DNA of 43,467 nucleotides from Planctomycetota bacterium (GTDB taxonomy: Bacteria; Planctomycetota; B15-G4; SIAN01): positions 1 to 43,467 of the forward strand of contig JANNXA010000017.1 in NCBI GenBank assembly GCA_031409275.1, read 5' to 3'. How positions within the stretch are numbered: the stretch's first letter is position 1; the number at the start of each line of letters is the position of its first letter. Below, piece after piece: positions 29,935 to 38,937 of the stretch. The notes under the pieces were generated by a model that did no database searches, was not told the DNA's origin, and saw only the letters and a list, made by a program, of their open reading frames with translations. The translations under genes and the position numbers were made by a program.

Positions 29935-30807
29935 CTACTCCTCGCCCTGCCCCTCGCCCTTCTCGTCGACCTTGAAGTGGAGCGGCTCGCCCTTCGGCAG
30001 CAGTTTGGCGACAAAGGCGATCCGGTTCGGGATCAGCCGCTCGATCTGGGCGGCGTCCTTCTTCGGGAGGCGCTCGCGGTCATGGAGCAACGCGAAGGCG
30101 AAAAGCGCCGACTCGGCGAGATCCTCCCCCTTCGGGTTCTCCTCTGCGTACCGGGTGACGAAGCCGCGGTCCTTCTGCTGCGCCGCGAGCCACTCGGGCG
30201 ACGCCGCGTGCGTCTTGTCACACGCGGCGTGCACCGACTCGTGGAAGAACCTCTCCTCGAGGTCGTGCGTCGCGATGCGCTCGGTCGCATTGTCGGAGTA
30301 GACGACGATCAGCCCGACGTCGCTGAACGCGGTGACGCCTTTGCCGCCCTTGTGGACGACGAGCCGCTCGACGCCGCGACGCAGCGCCGTCGGCAGCTTG
30401 CCGAGCCGCGGCGTGTAGCGGAGCGCCTCCTTGCGCGCGTCGTCCGGGCGCTTGAAGTCGGCGTCGATCGCGAGTTGGACGCGCGTCGCATCGCTGAAGT
30501 GCGCCACGAAGAGGAACGCTTGCTGGCGCAGCTCGGCCGAGTCATCCGCCTTGTCGGGCATCTCGGCGAGGCCGCTGCCCTTCTCCTCGAGGCGCACGAA
30601 CGTGTCGGGATCCTTCTCGACGATGAAGTCGAAGTCGGTGCCGACGACGGAGGAGGCATAGGGCGCCGCGTCGCCCGGTGCAGCGCCGCAGACACTGCCG
30701 GAAGCACTGCCAGAGACGCTGGCGAACAGGTGCGCCGCGAGCAGCGAAAGCGCCGCGAGCGCAGCGCCCGACGACCAGAGGGAACCGTTCTGCAGCGGGT
30801 GGAGCAT
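29935..30807 (-). CDS. Exported hypothetical protein with HExxH motif (possible zinc metallopeptidase)
   Basis: Hydrophobic N-terminus; FFHESVH, then FVTRYA..NP..EDLAES, a zincin-like pattern. Start uncertain. Confidence 0.7.
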   Translation of the reverse strand: MLHPLQNGSLWSSGAALAALSLLAAHLFASVSGSASGSVCGAAPGDAAPYASSVVGTDFDFIVEKDPDTFVRLEEKGSGLAEMPDKADDSAELRQQAFLFVAHFSDATRVQLAIDADFKRPDDARKEALRYTPRLGKLPTALRRGVERLVVHKGGKGVTAFSDVGLIVVYSDNATERIATHDLEERFFHESVHAACDKTHAASPEWLAAQQKDRGFVTRYAEENPKGEDLAESALFAFALLHDRERLPKKDAAQIERLIPNRIAFVAKLLPKGEPLHFKVDEKGEGQGEE

Positions 30808-30881
30808 CGACACGCACACCTCCGTTTCGCAGCCGGTGCGAAGTAGAGACGACGCCGGAGGGTCCCGCTAGCGGCTGCTCG

Positions 30882-33710
30882 TCACCTCGGCGTGAGCACC
30901 AGGCGATGGAAGAGCGTGGCCTGCGTATCGGCGATGAGGCTGAAGTCGACGCCGGGGGCGATGTCGTCCTTCAGGCGAACGCTCTTCATCGGAACGACGG
31001 CGCGATGCCACTTGCCGTCGCCGCTCATCGGCACGACGAAGTACTTGTCCGCCCCGAACGGTCGCTTGCACTTGACGAAGAAGACCCCTTGGTAGTTGTC
31101 GTGGAAGACGATCTCGAGATCCCAGCCGTCCGCGTGCCCCGCTCGGAACGCGTCATCGACGTCGAAGTCGAGCGAACCACCGGGCGGACAGCTGCGCGCG
31201 TAGCGCATCGGCTCGTTCAGGGTGGTCGGATGGCCGAGGTTCCCCGGACCGGTGTAGGTGTACGCCACCGAGCCGATGGAAGTGACGTCGCTGCCATCGT
31301 CGGGGACCTCCGTCAGGAACGCGCCGTAAGTCCCCGTCTGGTAGGTGGTGATGCCCGCTGGCGCCGTCAGCTGCTTCAACGCGATCCACGCGGAGGGCGC
31401 CTGCGCCGGATGGGCCTTCCAGCCGACGTGCCGATTGATGAATCCGTGGATCGGCTCGGACTCGTACCCCGACTGGTACTCGAGCAGCCACGCGTGGTCG
31501 CCATACGTGCCGACGTACTCGCTGCCGCAGTTGAGTTCGGCGAGCAGCGTCCAGTACTGCCACTGCACGGTGCTCAGCGGCAAGCTCGAGGCGTTGTCAG
31601 CCTCATGGAAGCCGCGCGCGAACCCCTGATCGGTGAAGCCGACGTAGAAGTGGTCCTCGGCCGTCTCGGCCTTCGCGTTGGTGATGAAGAAGCCCTGGCC
31701 GGCGTTCGAGACCGCGCGGCGGAACTCGTCGTCGGCGCGCACGGAGTCGAAGCCGTTCCACCAGCCGCCGGCGGTGCTCGGCTTGAAGACGGATGGCAAG
31801 CCGAGCGGCGCGAACGCGTCCTCGTAAATCGAGCGGACGGTCGCGGCGTAGACGGTCGCGAGTTCGGGGGTGAAGTCGACGGGATAGGCGCCGCTCGCGG
31901 GAGGCGTGAAGTTCGCGGCCGTCAGGTTCATCGCGGCGGAAGTGCCCGGGTAGGCGACCACGGGGAATTGGCCGGTGGGCAGGCGCTCGCTGTCGATGGC
32001 GAACCACTGGCCGCGCTCCAGCACGAACCGCCCCTGCCACGCCGGATTGAACGCGACGAGCGCTTGCAGGTTCGCCGCCTGCGCCTGGACGAACCGCCGC
32101 AGGTACGACTGGTAGCGCGGGTCCCAGAACTGCGGGTAGTCATCGCCATCGACGTTCTTCTTCTTGCTCTTGCCGACCTTCGAGAAGAGCCACGCCGGGA
32201 ACGGCCTTCGATGGTGCAGGATCACGTTCTTGCCGGAGTTGAGGATCTGATTGACCCGACCGTTGTAGGTGGAGGTGTTGCTCCCGTTCAACGGTCCGAA
32301 GTTGAAGGAGTTGTCGGCGCTCTCGATCACCGACCATTCGTAGTAGGCGCCCACGTCCATGCCGGCGATCCACCCCGGCAGCTGGTTGCCGCGGTTGTTG
32401 TAGATCTCCGGCCATCCGTAGGTGAGGTAGATCCCGGCGCGCGAGTCGCGAGCAGGCACCACTGGCTGGCCCGCACCGACTGGCAGCGCGACGAGGAGTT
32501 CGGCGACGGCGCTGCGGCCGGCGTCATCGGTGACCTTGACCCGCGCCGTCGCCGCGGTGGTATCGAACGGATACTTGTGCGGCAGGCGGACGGTGATCGG
32601 CAGCGCATCGCTCCAGGGCGTCCGCGCGTCGAAGCCGTAGACGCCATCGCCCTCCCAGTCGAACTCGACCTTCGTCAACTTCGCGCCGGAAGCCGGTGTG
32701 GCATCGGCCCGGAAGTCGAGCAGCCGCGGAAAGGGCAACGTGGTGGAGCCGCCGCGCGCGAGCTGCAACGTCACGGTCGGAGCGCTCGCCGGCGCGACGT
32801 GGATCACCGGCGGATATGCGGCGCGACGTCCCGAGCCGTTCGTGATGCGGGCGACCGGCCGGTAGGTGCCCGCGGTCGCGTATTGGTGGGAAGCCGTCCA
32901 GCCGCTCGCGTCGATGGTCCCGTCGCCCTCGAAGTCCCAGTCGATCACCGGGCTCCCGGCGGTCGTTGCCGCCGCGAAGCTGGTGGTGAGCGGCGCACGG
33001 CCGACGCCCGGCGTCGCGGTAGCGCTGCCGTCGAGCTCGGGCCCCTGCAGCGCGGCGGTGTCGCGGATGCGCACGTCATCGAACCAGAGGCTGTGGCCGT
33101 TGACGGTCGCGTAGACGATCCCGAACTCCGCGAGCGAGAACGCCTTGCCGGCGTGGACGATGTCGGCGGCCGGGTTGTCGAAGACGGTGACCCCGTCGAG
33201 CGCGACGATCATCCGCCCGTTCGGCTGGTCGACGACGAAGTCGAGGACGTACCACCGGTCGGGCGCGATGACGACGTCGCGCAACACCTCCACCCGCGAG
33301 TAGTCCTCGACGCGCAGGACGAGCATGTCGTCATTCCGCCGCAGCCCGACGTTCGGGCGCTTCGAGGAGCTCGACTTCGGTTGCAGCCCGACCATCGTGA
33401 TCTGCTCGATCGGCAGCTCGTCGTGATTCGGGTCGAGCGCGAGGCGGTCCGACTCCACCCGGAAGTGGAGGCGGATCGAAAGGGTCGGCGCCGACATGCT
33501 CCCCGAGGTCGGCCACTTCTTGAGCTGCGTCGAGTCGTTCGAATGCAGGGCGTAGCCGCCTTGGAACGAGCCGGGCCACGAGCTCGCGACGACCCACGAA
33601 GTCCCGTTCCATTTCTCCCCCGGCTCGAATCCCGAGGAGACCAGATCGCCTGCAGCGGATGGCGGTGCCAGCGCCAGCAACAGGAAGGAGAGCGCCGCGC
33701 AGTGGTTCAC
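30882..33710 (-). CDS. Secreted protein: LamG-like + PKD domains + putative glycoside hydrolase domain
   Basis: Signal from GTG 33710; PKD motifs WDFEGDG, SHQYATAGTY, FDWEGDG, VTDDAG; YYEWSVIE...FNF...PAWL...PQFWDPRYQ resembles a clan GH-A beta-galactosidase-like barrel. Confidence 0.7.
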   Translation of the reverse strand: MNHCAALSFLLLALAPPSAAGDLVSSGFEPGEKWNGTSWVVASSWPGSFQGGYALHSNDSTQLKKWPTSGSMSAPTLSIRLHFRVESDRLALDPNHDELPIEQITMVGLQPKSSSSKRPNVGLRRNDDMLVLRVEDYSRVEVLRDVVIAPDRWYVLDFVVDQPNGRMIVALDGVTVFDNPAADIVHAGKAFSLAEFGIVYATVNGHSLWFDDVRIRDTAALQGPELDGSATATPGVGRAPLTTSFAAATTAGSPVIDWDFEGDGTIDASGWTASHQYATAGTYRPVARITNGSGRRAAYPPVIHVAPASAPTVTLQLARGGSTTLPFPRLLDFRADATPASGAKLTKVEFDWEGDGVYGFDARTPWSDALPITVRLPHKYPFDTTAATARVKVTDDAGRSAVAELLVALPVGAGQPVVPARDSRAGIYLTYGWPEIYNNRGNQLPGWIAGMDVGAYYEWSVIESADNSFNFGPLNGSNTSTYNGRVNQILNSGKNVILHHRRPFPAWLFSKVGKSKKKNVDGDDYPQFWDPRYQSYLRRFVQAQAANLQALVAFNPAWQGRFVLERGQWFAIDSERLPTGQFPVVAYPGTSAAMNLTAANFTPPASGAYPVDFTPELATVYAATVRSIYEDAFAPLGLPSVFKPSTAGGWWNGFDSVRADDEFRRAVSNAGQGFFITNAKAETAEDHFYVGFTDQGFARGFHEADNASSLPLSTVQWQYWTLLAELNCGSEYVGTYGDHAWLLEYQSGYESEPIHGFINRHVGWKAHPAQAPSAWIALKQLTAPAGITTYQTGTYGAFLTEVPDDGSDVTSIGSVAYTYTGPGNLGHPTTLNEPMRYARSCPPGGSLDFDVDDAFRAGHADGWDLEIVFHDNYQGVFFVKCKRPFGADKYFVVPMSGDGKWHRAVVPMKSVRLKDDIAPGVDFSLIADTQATLFHRLVLTPR

Positions 33711-33975
33711 GCGCGCTTCGAACAGCCTTTCGAACAATCGAGTCTCCAGTGGCCAGCCAACGGAACGGGTCGAGGCTTGGGTAGCCGAACCGCATCCTCT
33801 CGCCACCCGAGCCGAGCGCATTGCGGGTGGTGCGGCCTCCGGATGACGGGGTGCATCGCGATCGCGCGCGCCGCCCGCTCGCTCGATGCAGCGACCGCCG
33901 TCGTGGACAGCGGTGCGGGCAACCGGTAAGCAGTCGCGCGCTCTCGATCGTCTAGATCGCGGGACGCCTCCAAGA

Positions 33976-35448
33976 ATGATGCCTCACCACCCGCCCCACG
34001 ACTCGCACGCCCGTAGCGCATGCCGCGGCGTCGGAACGGTGCTAGGCGCCGTGCTGCTGATGTCGGCGTGCGGGCCAACCGACACGGAGTTGCGGGCGGC
34101 CGGTCGAGTCGAGCGCGCCCGGTGGACGGCGGAGGGGGCGCTGAACGTCGTGATGATCGTCGTGGACACGCTCCGCGCCGATCACCTCGGTTGCTACGGA
34201 TATCCGCGCGCCACCTCGCCGAACATCGATCGACTCGCCTCTCGCAGCGTCCGCTTCGAGAGTTGCACCACCGCCTGGCCGGAGACCTGCCAGAGCATGG
34301 CGGCGATCCTCTCGGGAGCGTGGTGCCAGACGACCGGCGTCGTCGTGCGCACGCCGCAGGCGATCCCGCAGGAACTCGAGCTGCTGCCGGAGATCCTCGA
34401 TCGCCGCGGGTATGCCACGGCCGCCTTCACGACCAACAGCGTTCTGTCGAAGGAGAATCGCTTCGATCAGGGATTCGACACGTATGTCGAGCTGTCGCGC
34501 CCCGAGTTGAATCCGAAGCGGTGGAGCGAGGTCGCGCTCGCTGCGGAGTGGATCGGCCAGCACGCCCACGAGCCGTTCTTCCTGTGGGTCCATCACCTCG
34601 AGCCGCACGCGCCGTACGCCCCGCAGAACGCCGGCCGCTTCGTCGGCGATCGCTGGTACGACCCGAGTCGTCGCGTCGAGGTGAGGCCGCCGGAGCGCTC
34701 CTACGACGCGCTCGGCGGGTTTCCGGGCTTCAGCGCGATCCGCGGCCACGACGAGCTCGCCTACTACATCGCCGCCTACGACTCGGAGATCGTCGACGTC
34801 GACGCGAAGGTCGGCGAGCTGCTGGCCGCGCTCGACGAGATGGAGCTCGCCGACGACACGATCGTGATCCTCGTCGCCGACCACGGCGAGGGCTTCGGGG
34901 AGCACGACTACTACTGGCACGGGAAGGTCCCCTTCGAGGAGACGGCCCATGTGCCGCTGCTGCTGCGGGTGCCGGGTGTAGCGCCTGGCGTGTCGCGCGA
35001 CGTCGTCAGCACGATCGACGTGGCACCGACGGTCCTCGAGCTGCTCGGCCTCCCGAGGGCGCCGCTGCACGAGGGTGAGTCGCTCGTCACGCGGTTGCGC
35101 GACCCGGAGGCGCCCAACGACGAGCGCGTCGTTTTCCTCGAAGCCGGCTTCGAGAAGCGCGACCGCGCGTGGCAGCGCGCCGTCCGCGACCGGCGCTTCA
35201 AGCTCGTCTACATGCCGGGCCAGCACGAGCGCCGCCAGCTGAACCTCGACGAGTACCAGCTCTACGACCTCCAGGACGACCCCGGCGAGACGAAGGACGT
35301 CCTCGACAAATTCCCGGAGGAAGCAGAGCGGTTGCGCAAGGAGCTCTTCGCCTGGATGCGAGACGCGTCGCTCTTCGCGACCGACGACTCGCCGATGACG
35401 CCCGAGGAGCTCGACCGGATCCGAGCGCAGGGTTACGGCGGCGAGTGA
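33976..35448 (+). CDS. Sulfatase-family protein, possible lipoprotein; start uncertain
   Basis: NVVMIVVDTLRADHLGCYGY, SPNID, PFFLWVH..EPHAPY, YDSEI, VADHGE, HVPLL, VSTIDVAPT, LYDLQDDPGE. Confidence 0.9.
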   Translation: MMPHHPPHDSHARSACRGVGTVLGAVLLMSACGPTDTELRAAGRVERARWTAEGALNVVMIVVDTLRADHLGCYGYPRATSPNIDRLASRSVRFESCTTAWPETCQSMAAILSGAWCQTTGVVVRTPQAIPQELELLPEILDRRGYATAAFTTNSVLSKENRFDQGFDTYVELSRPELNPKRWSEVALAAEWIGQHAHEPFFLWVHHLEPHAPYAPQNAGRFVGDRWYDPSRRVEVRPPERSYDALGGFPGFSAIRGHDELAYYIAAYDSEIVDVDAKVGELLAALDEMELADDTIVILVADHGEGFGEHDYYWHGKVPFEETAHVPLLLRVPGVAPGVSRDVVSTIDVAPTVLELLGLPRAPLHEGESLVTRLRDPEAPNDERVVFLEAGFEKRDRAWQRAVRDRRFKLVYMPGQHERRQLNLDEYQLYDLQDDPGETKDVLDKFPEEAERLRKELFAWMRDASLFATDDSPMTPEELDRIRAQGYGGE

Positions 35449-35478
35449 CGGGCATCCGTCACGTCGAGCGAGTCTTGA

Positions 35479-35605
35479 CCCGTAGGGTGCAACCGAACGG
35501 CCGCCCCCGAATCCCGGCATCGAGTCCGATTGCACGGCGGGATCGGTCGATCGGTCGCGGTCCGCTGCAGCCGAGACAAGAGTGGCGCTGATCCCATGAG
35601 CCCGC
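35479..35605 (+). repeat. Left-end repeat copy 9
   Basis: CCCGTAGGGTGCAACCGAACGGCCGCCCCCGAATCCCGGCATCG...GGCGCTGATCCCATGAGCCC; 30 bp after the sulfatase stop. Confidence 0.9.
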
Positions 35606-35689
35606 AACGCCCGCCCCATCGCCGCGTCAGCGGTAGTAAGCACTGAGCCGGTGGACTGGTTCTTTTTGGGCAGGTCACTCGCTGCACTG

Positions 35690-35812
35690 CGCATCGCCGA
35701 GAGCGGCACCCCGCACCGCGAGTCGCACTCGCTGGTCGTCGGTCAGCGGCAGCCTCCGGCGACCGAGCTGAGCCTTGAGGATGCGGTTCTCCTCGCGGAG
35801 GCAGTCGAGGAG
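35690..35812 (-). pseudogene. Inverted transposase N-terminal fragment
   Basis: [39 protein letters not shown], homologous to the 7045 ORF. Confidence 0.85.
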
Positions 35813-36198
35813 CGGGGACCTGGGGGCGGCGGAGCGTAAGGGGAGTGCGCGGCCATGGCACCAGCAACGCAGGCGATGCGCGCCGTTCGGTGTCGGGACG
35901 AGTTGCGCCGCGAGGCGGTCGAGCAGCAAGTCGGAGGCGCCGACGGTGCACGCAGGCACGCCTCTCAATCGAGACCCAGAGTTCGAGCCCCGCTGCGTAC
36001 CACGTGACCGCTCAACGCGAACAGCGAGGGGTCAGGCGCAGCTTCCCGCCACTGAACTGCGGATGGCGCGCGCGGTTTGCTGTCGGAAGTGGTCGAGTGC
36101 GCTTGGCTGGCGGTGGCTGAGCCAGCGGCAGGGATGACTGAGAGAACATGGAGGCCCGGCGTGCGGGCAGTGGTAGGCGCGCTTGGGGAGGTCGAGCG

Positions 36199-37035
36199 AT
36201 GTGGACTGCACTTTTCGCGCGTCCCGAACGCGCGCGAGGAATCGCCGCGACGATCCTCGTGCTTGGGGCGGCAGGGGCGTTGGCCGGATGCGGCACTCTT
36301 CCGAACGGCCGACGCTGGGGGGACGACGTGACCCTTTGGCCGAGCGGAGCCCGGCTCGGTCGCGCCGCCTGGAATGCTCTTTCGCATCCGATGACCTGGG
36401 CGCCAATCGCGGGCGCCGCGGTGCTCCAGATCGACCGCTGGGACGAGCGGATCTCGGATTGGGCGACCGATACGACTCCGCTCTTCGGCTCGGTCGAGAA
36501 AGCCGAGGATGCACGTGGATGGACCGGCAACGCCTCGGACCTCCTCTACTTCGCGAGCGTGATCGCCACTCCGAGCGGAGACGAACCGCTCGACTGGGCA
36601 TGGGCCAAGACCAAGGGGCTTGCCGTCGGCATGGGCGCGCGGGTCGCAACGCTCACGAGCGTCGATCTGCTGAAGGTTGCCGTCGGCCGGGAGCGGCCGG
36701 ACGGGAGCAACGACAAGAGCTTCCCCTCGCAGCACGCGGCGGCCATGTCGGTCAACGCGACGCTCACGTCGCAGAACCTGCGGTCCATGTCGCTTCCCGT
36801 CGGAGCGAGGTACTCGCTCGACGCCGGATCGATTGGACTCGCGGCCTTCGGCTCGTGGAGCCGGGTCGAGGCCGACGGCCACTATCCATCCGACGTCCTG
36901 GCCGGCGTCGCGCTCGGGCATTTCCTTGCGCGATTCTTCGAAGAGGCGTTCCTCGGGCTCGCCGAGGGGCCGCTCCAGGTCGAGCCGGTCGCGATGCCGG
37001 ACCTGTTCGGGCTCGCGTTCAGCTGGCGATTCTGA
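36199..37035 (+). CDS. PAP2-superfamily phosphatase with lipoprotein signal
   Basis: GGAGG RBS; lipobox ALAGC; KVAVGRERP, SFPSQH, SRVEADGHYPSDV. Confidence 0.88.
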   Translation: MWTALFARPERARGIAATILVLGAAGALAGCGTLPNGRRWGDDVTLWPSGARLGRAAWNALSHPMTWAPIAGAAVLQIDRWDERISDWATDTTPLFGSVEKAEDARGWTGNASDLLYFASVIATPSGDEPLDWAWAKTKGLAVGMGARVATLTSVDLLKVAVGRERPDGSNDKSFPSQHAAAMSVNATLTSQNLRSMSLPVGARYSLDAGSIGLAAFGSWSRVEADGHYPSDVLAGVALGHFLARFFEEAFLGLAEGPLQVEPVAMPDLFGLAFSWRF

Positions 37036-37056
37036 GCCGCACCCGGCTCAGAATCG
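37027..37056. terminator. 13-bp perfect hairpin spanning both stop codons of convergent genes
   Basis: CGATTCTGAGCCG-CACC-CGGCTCAGAATCG; no U-tract. Confidence 0.55.
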
Positions 37057-37893
37057 AAGGCCGAGCTCGACGGCGAATCCTCGGTGCTCGCCGGCGAAGG
37101 CTTTGGCGGAGGCGAACACCGGGAGTTCGTCGGGTCGGTAGGCGAGACCGACATACCCACCGTAGTTGCCGGCCTCGAACTCCATGTCGTTATCGAACCC
37201 GTGGTCGATCAATCCTGACATCACGTCGAAGAGCGCACCCACGGTGATCTTCATGTCGGCGACGTCGATTCCGACACCGGCGTGGAGCTGATAGTTGTAG
37301 TAGTTGATGTCGCTCTCGACGTCGAACAGCTTCCCCGCTGACTTGTCGAGGAACTTCACGTCGCCTTCGCCTCGCGAGTACGAGTAATTGGCGCCATAGT
37401 CGAGGATGAACTTCGCGTTGCCCCATTGCGCGACTTGGGGCATGCCATCGAACGAGATCCGGACGCCGACAAGGTCGAAGTCGTCGAGCATCTCGAACTG
37501 CTCACTGAAGGCCGCAACACCGACCCCGAGCGCTTCGTTCCCGAAGCGCGCCTCGATGCCGCTGCGACTCCGGTCGGTTTCGAGGTCGATCTCGTCGAGC
37601 TTGATGGCGATCTTGCTTTTGAACTTCGCGCGGATCACATCGCGCCGCACCGCCTCCAACTCGATGTCCTCGTGGAAAGCGGACAGGCGGAAGGCGTAGC
37701 CCTCATCGCTCCCTTCGGCGCGCGTCCACGCAAGCTCCGCGAAGCGCTCGACGTTCAACGCGAACGCCGGCGCGACGTACGGCGACGTGATGGCGTTGCT
37801 GGGCGCCACCGCAACCGGCGCGCTGGGAGGATCGCCGCCTAGGGCCGCCAAAATGCACGGAACGGCCGATCCGACGATGACACTTGTGAGCAT
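37048..37893 (-). CDS. Putative outer membrane beta-barrel protein
   Basis: GGAG RBS; alternating amphipathic strands (GIEARFG, ILDYGANYSY, YQLHAGVGID, GYVGLAYR); terminal ELGLRF. Confidence 0.7.
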   Translation of the reverse strand: MLTSVIVGSAVPCILAALGGDPPSAPVAVAPSNAITSPYVAPAFALNVERFAELAWTRAEGSDEGYAFRLSAFHEDIELEAVRRDVIRAKFKSKIAIKLDEIDLETDRSRSGIEARFGNEALGVGVAAFSEQFEMLDDFDLVGVRISFDGMPQVAQWGNAKFILDYGANYSYSRGEGDVKFLDKSAGKLFDVESDINYYNYQLHAGVGIDVADMKITVGALFDVMSGLIDHGFDNDMEFEAGNYGGYVGLAYRPDELPVFASAKAFAGEHRGFAVELGLRF

Positions 37894-38145
37894 TGCCCGC
37901 TCCTGGACGTGGTGCCGCGCCGATGGATCGCGTTTGCGCCAACCCGCGCTGGAGGCATGTCGAGAGGTCGCCCGCTCAAGTCACTCCTGAGCACGCCCTC
38001 CTTCCGATCGCGCGATGCGCTGCTTCCGCAACCTGCATGCCGGCCCATCACGCCCACAAACGATGATTCGCAACGCGATGCAACGCCCTTTTCTTCAAAA
38101 GGGCGACACGAGGTCGCGCCGCGGGCACGACTCTGACAGGGGAAG

Positions 38146-38170
38146 CGTTCATGGCGCAACCGAACGGCCG
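38146..38170 (+). repeat. Left-end repeat copy 10 (degenerate, short)
   Basis: GCGCAACCGAACGGCCG. Confidence 0.5.
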
Positions 38171-38534
38171 AGGCTGAGTCGCGTTCTGAAGTGCCGTTGA
38201 ATGAGGTGTCTGGCCGATTCAAGAACCAGCGTGTCAGCAGACCGTCGATGCACCCCGCCATGTCCTGGATTCGTCTGGCCGCGCGAGTCGTGCTGGTGAT
38301 GGCCGGCGCGACGTCGGCGGCGCGCGGGCAATCGCGCAAGCCCTGCCGGAACTACCACTGCGATGGCGTCGATCGGTGCGACTGGACCGTCTCGAAGACG
38401 CAGTCGCCGACCTACGAATCGCTCGACGAGTCGAAGCGAGCGGGGCGCTCGCGGGCTCAGTGCCGCGGCCATCGCGCGCTGGAAGGTGCACCACACTCGC
38501 CAGTGCCCGGCATGCACGCCCACCGAAGGACGCG

Positions 38535-38912
38535 GTCGCGCGCAACCTGACCGACTGCGTCGATGGCTTCCTGCGGAAGAAGCGATTCTTGATCCTCGAT
38601 CGCGACGGGAAGTTCAGCGCGGAGTTCCGCGGTGTCCCCGAAGACCACGGCATCGAGATGGTGCTCTGTCCCGCACGCGCGCCCAACTGCAACGCCTTCG
38701 CCGAGCGGTTCGTGCGTCAGCTGCTACCACCGCCTCGCGGCGTAACTCTCGCGACGCATTCGGATCCCGCGCCCTCGTCGCGATTCGATCGCGGCGAATC
38801 CCTTGTCGTGCGAGCGCCGGTCGAGTTTCACGCACGGGAATCAGCCAACCGACCCGCTAAATGGCGTCCGTGCGTTCGATTCAGCCACGTTTCTTCGACT
38901 GCACCACACGGG
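38535..38912 (+). mobile_element. Transposase core remnant plus right end
   Basis: VARNLTDCVDGFLRKKRFLILDRDGKF...PARAPNCNAFAERFVR, deletion to YHRLAA-stop; 3' region colinear with 7966-8133; IRR CTTCGACTGCACCACACGGG ends at 38912. Confidence 0.85.
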
Positions 38913-38937
38913 TGCGGGAGAACGAGTCCGCCACCGA

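Noticed and set aside
30678..33929. 1083-aa plus-strand ORF and similar long ORFs (3566-5482, 17521-19242, 21546-24062, 38803-40623)
   Set aside because: Antisense shadows of real genes, expected at this GC content; Arg/Gly/Ala-rich with no motifs.
34010..34020. CCCGTAGCG match to the repeat terminus
   Set aside because: Only 9 bp, within the probable sulfatase 5' region; compatible with chance.
38084..38105. Hairpin CGCCCTTTT-CTTC-AAAAGGGCG as a terminator
   Set aside because: No gene ends nearby and no U-tract follows; function cannot be supported.
349..38170. Repeats as a CRISPR array or classical integron attC sites
   Set aside because: Spacing is kilobases and irregular. There are no paired RYYYAAC/GTTRRRY boxes, no intI or cas gene, and the repeat is demonstrably the IR-bearing end of a DDE element.
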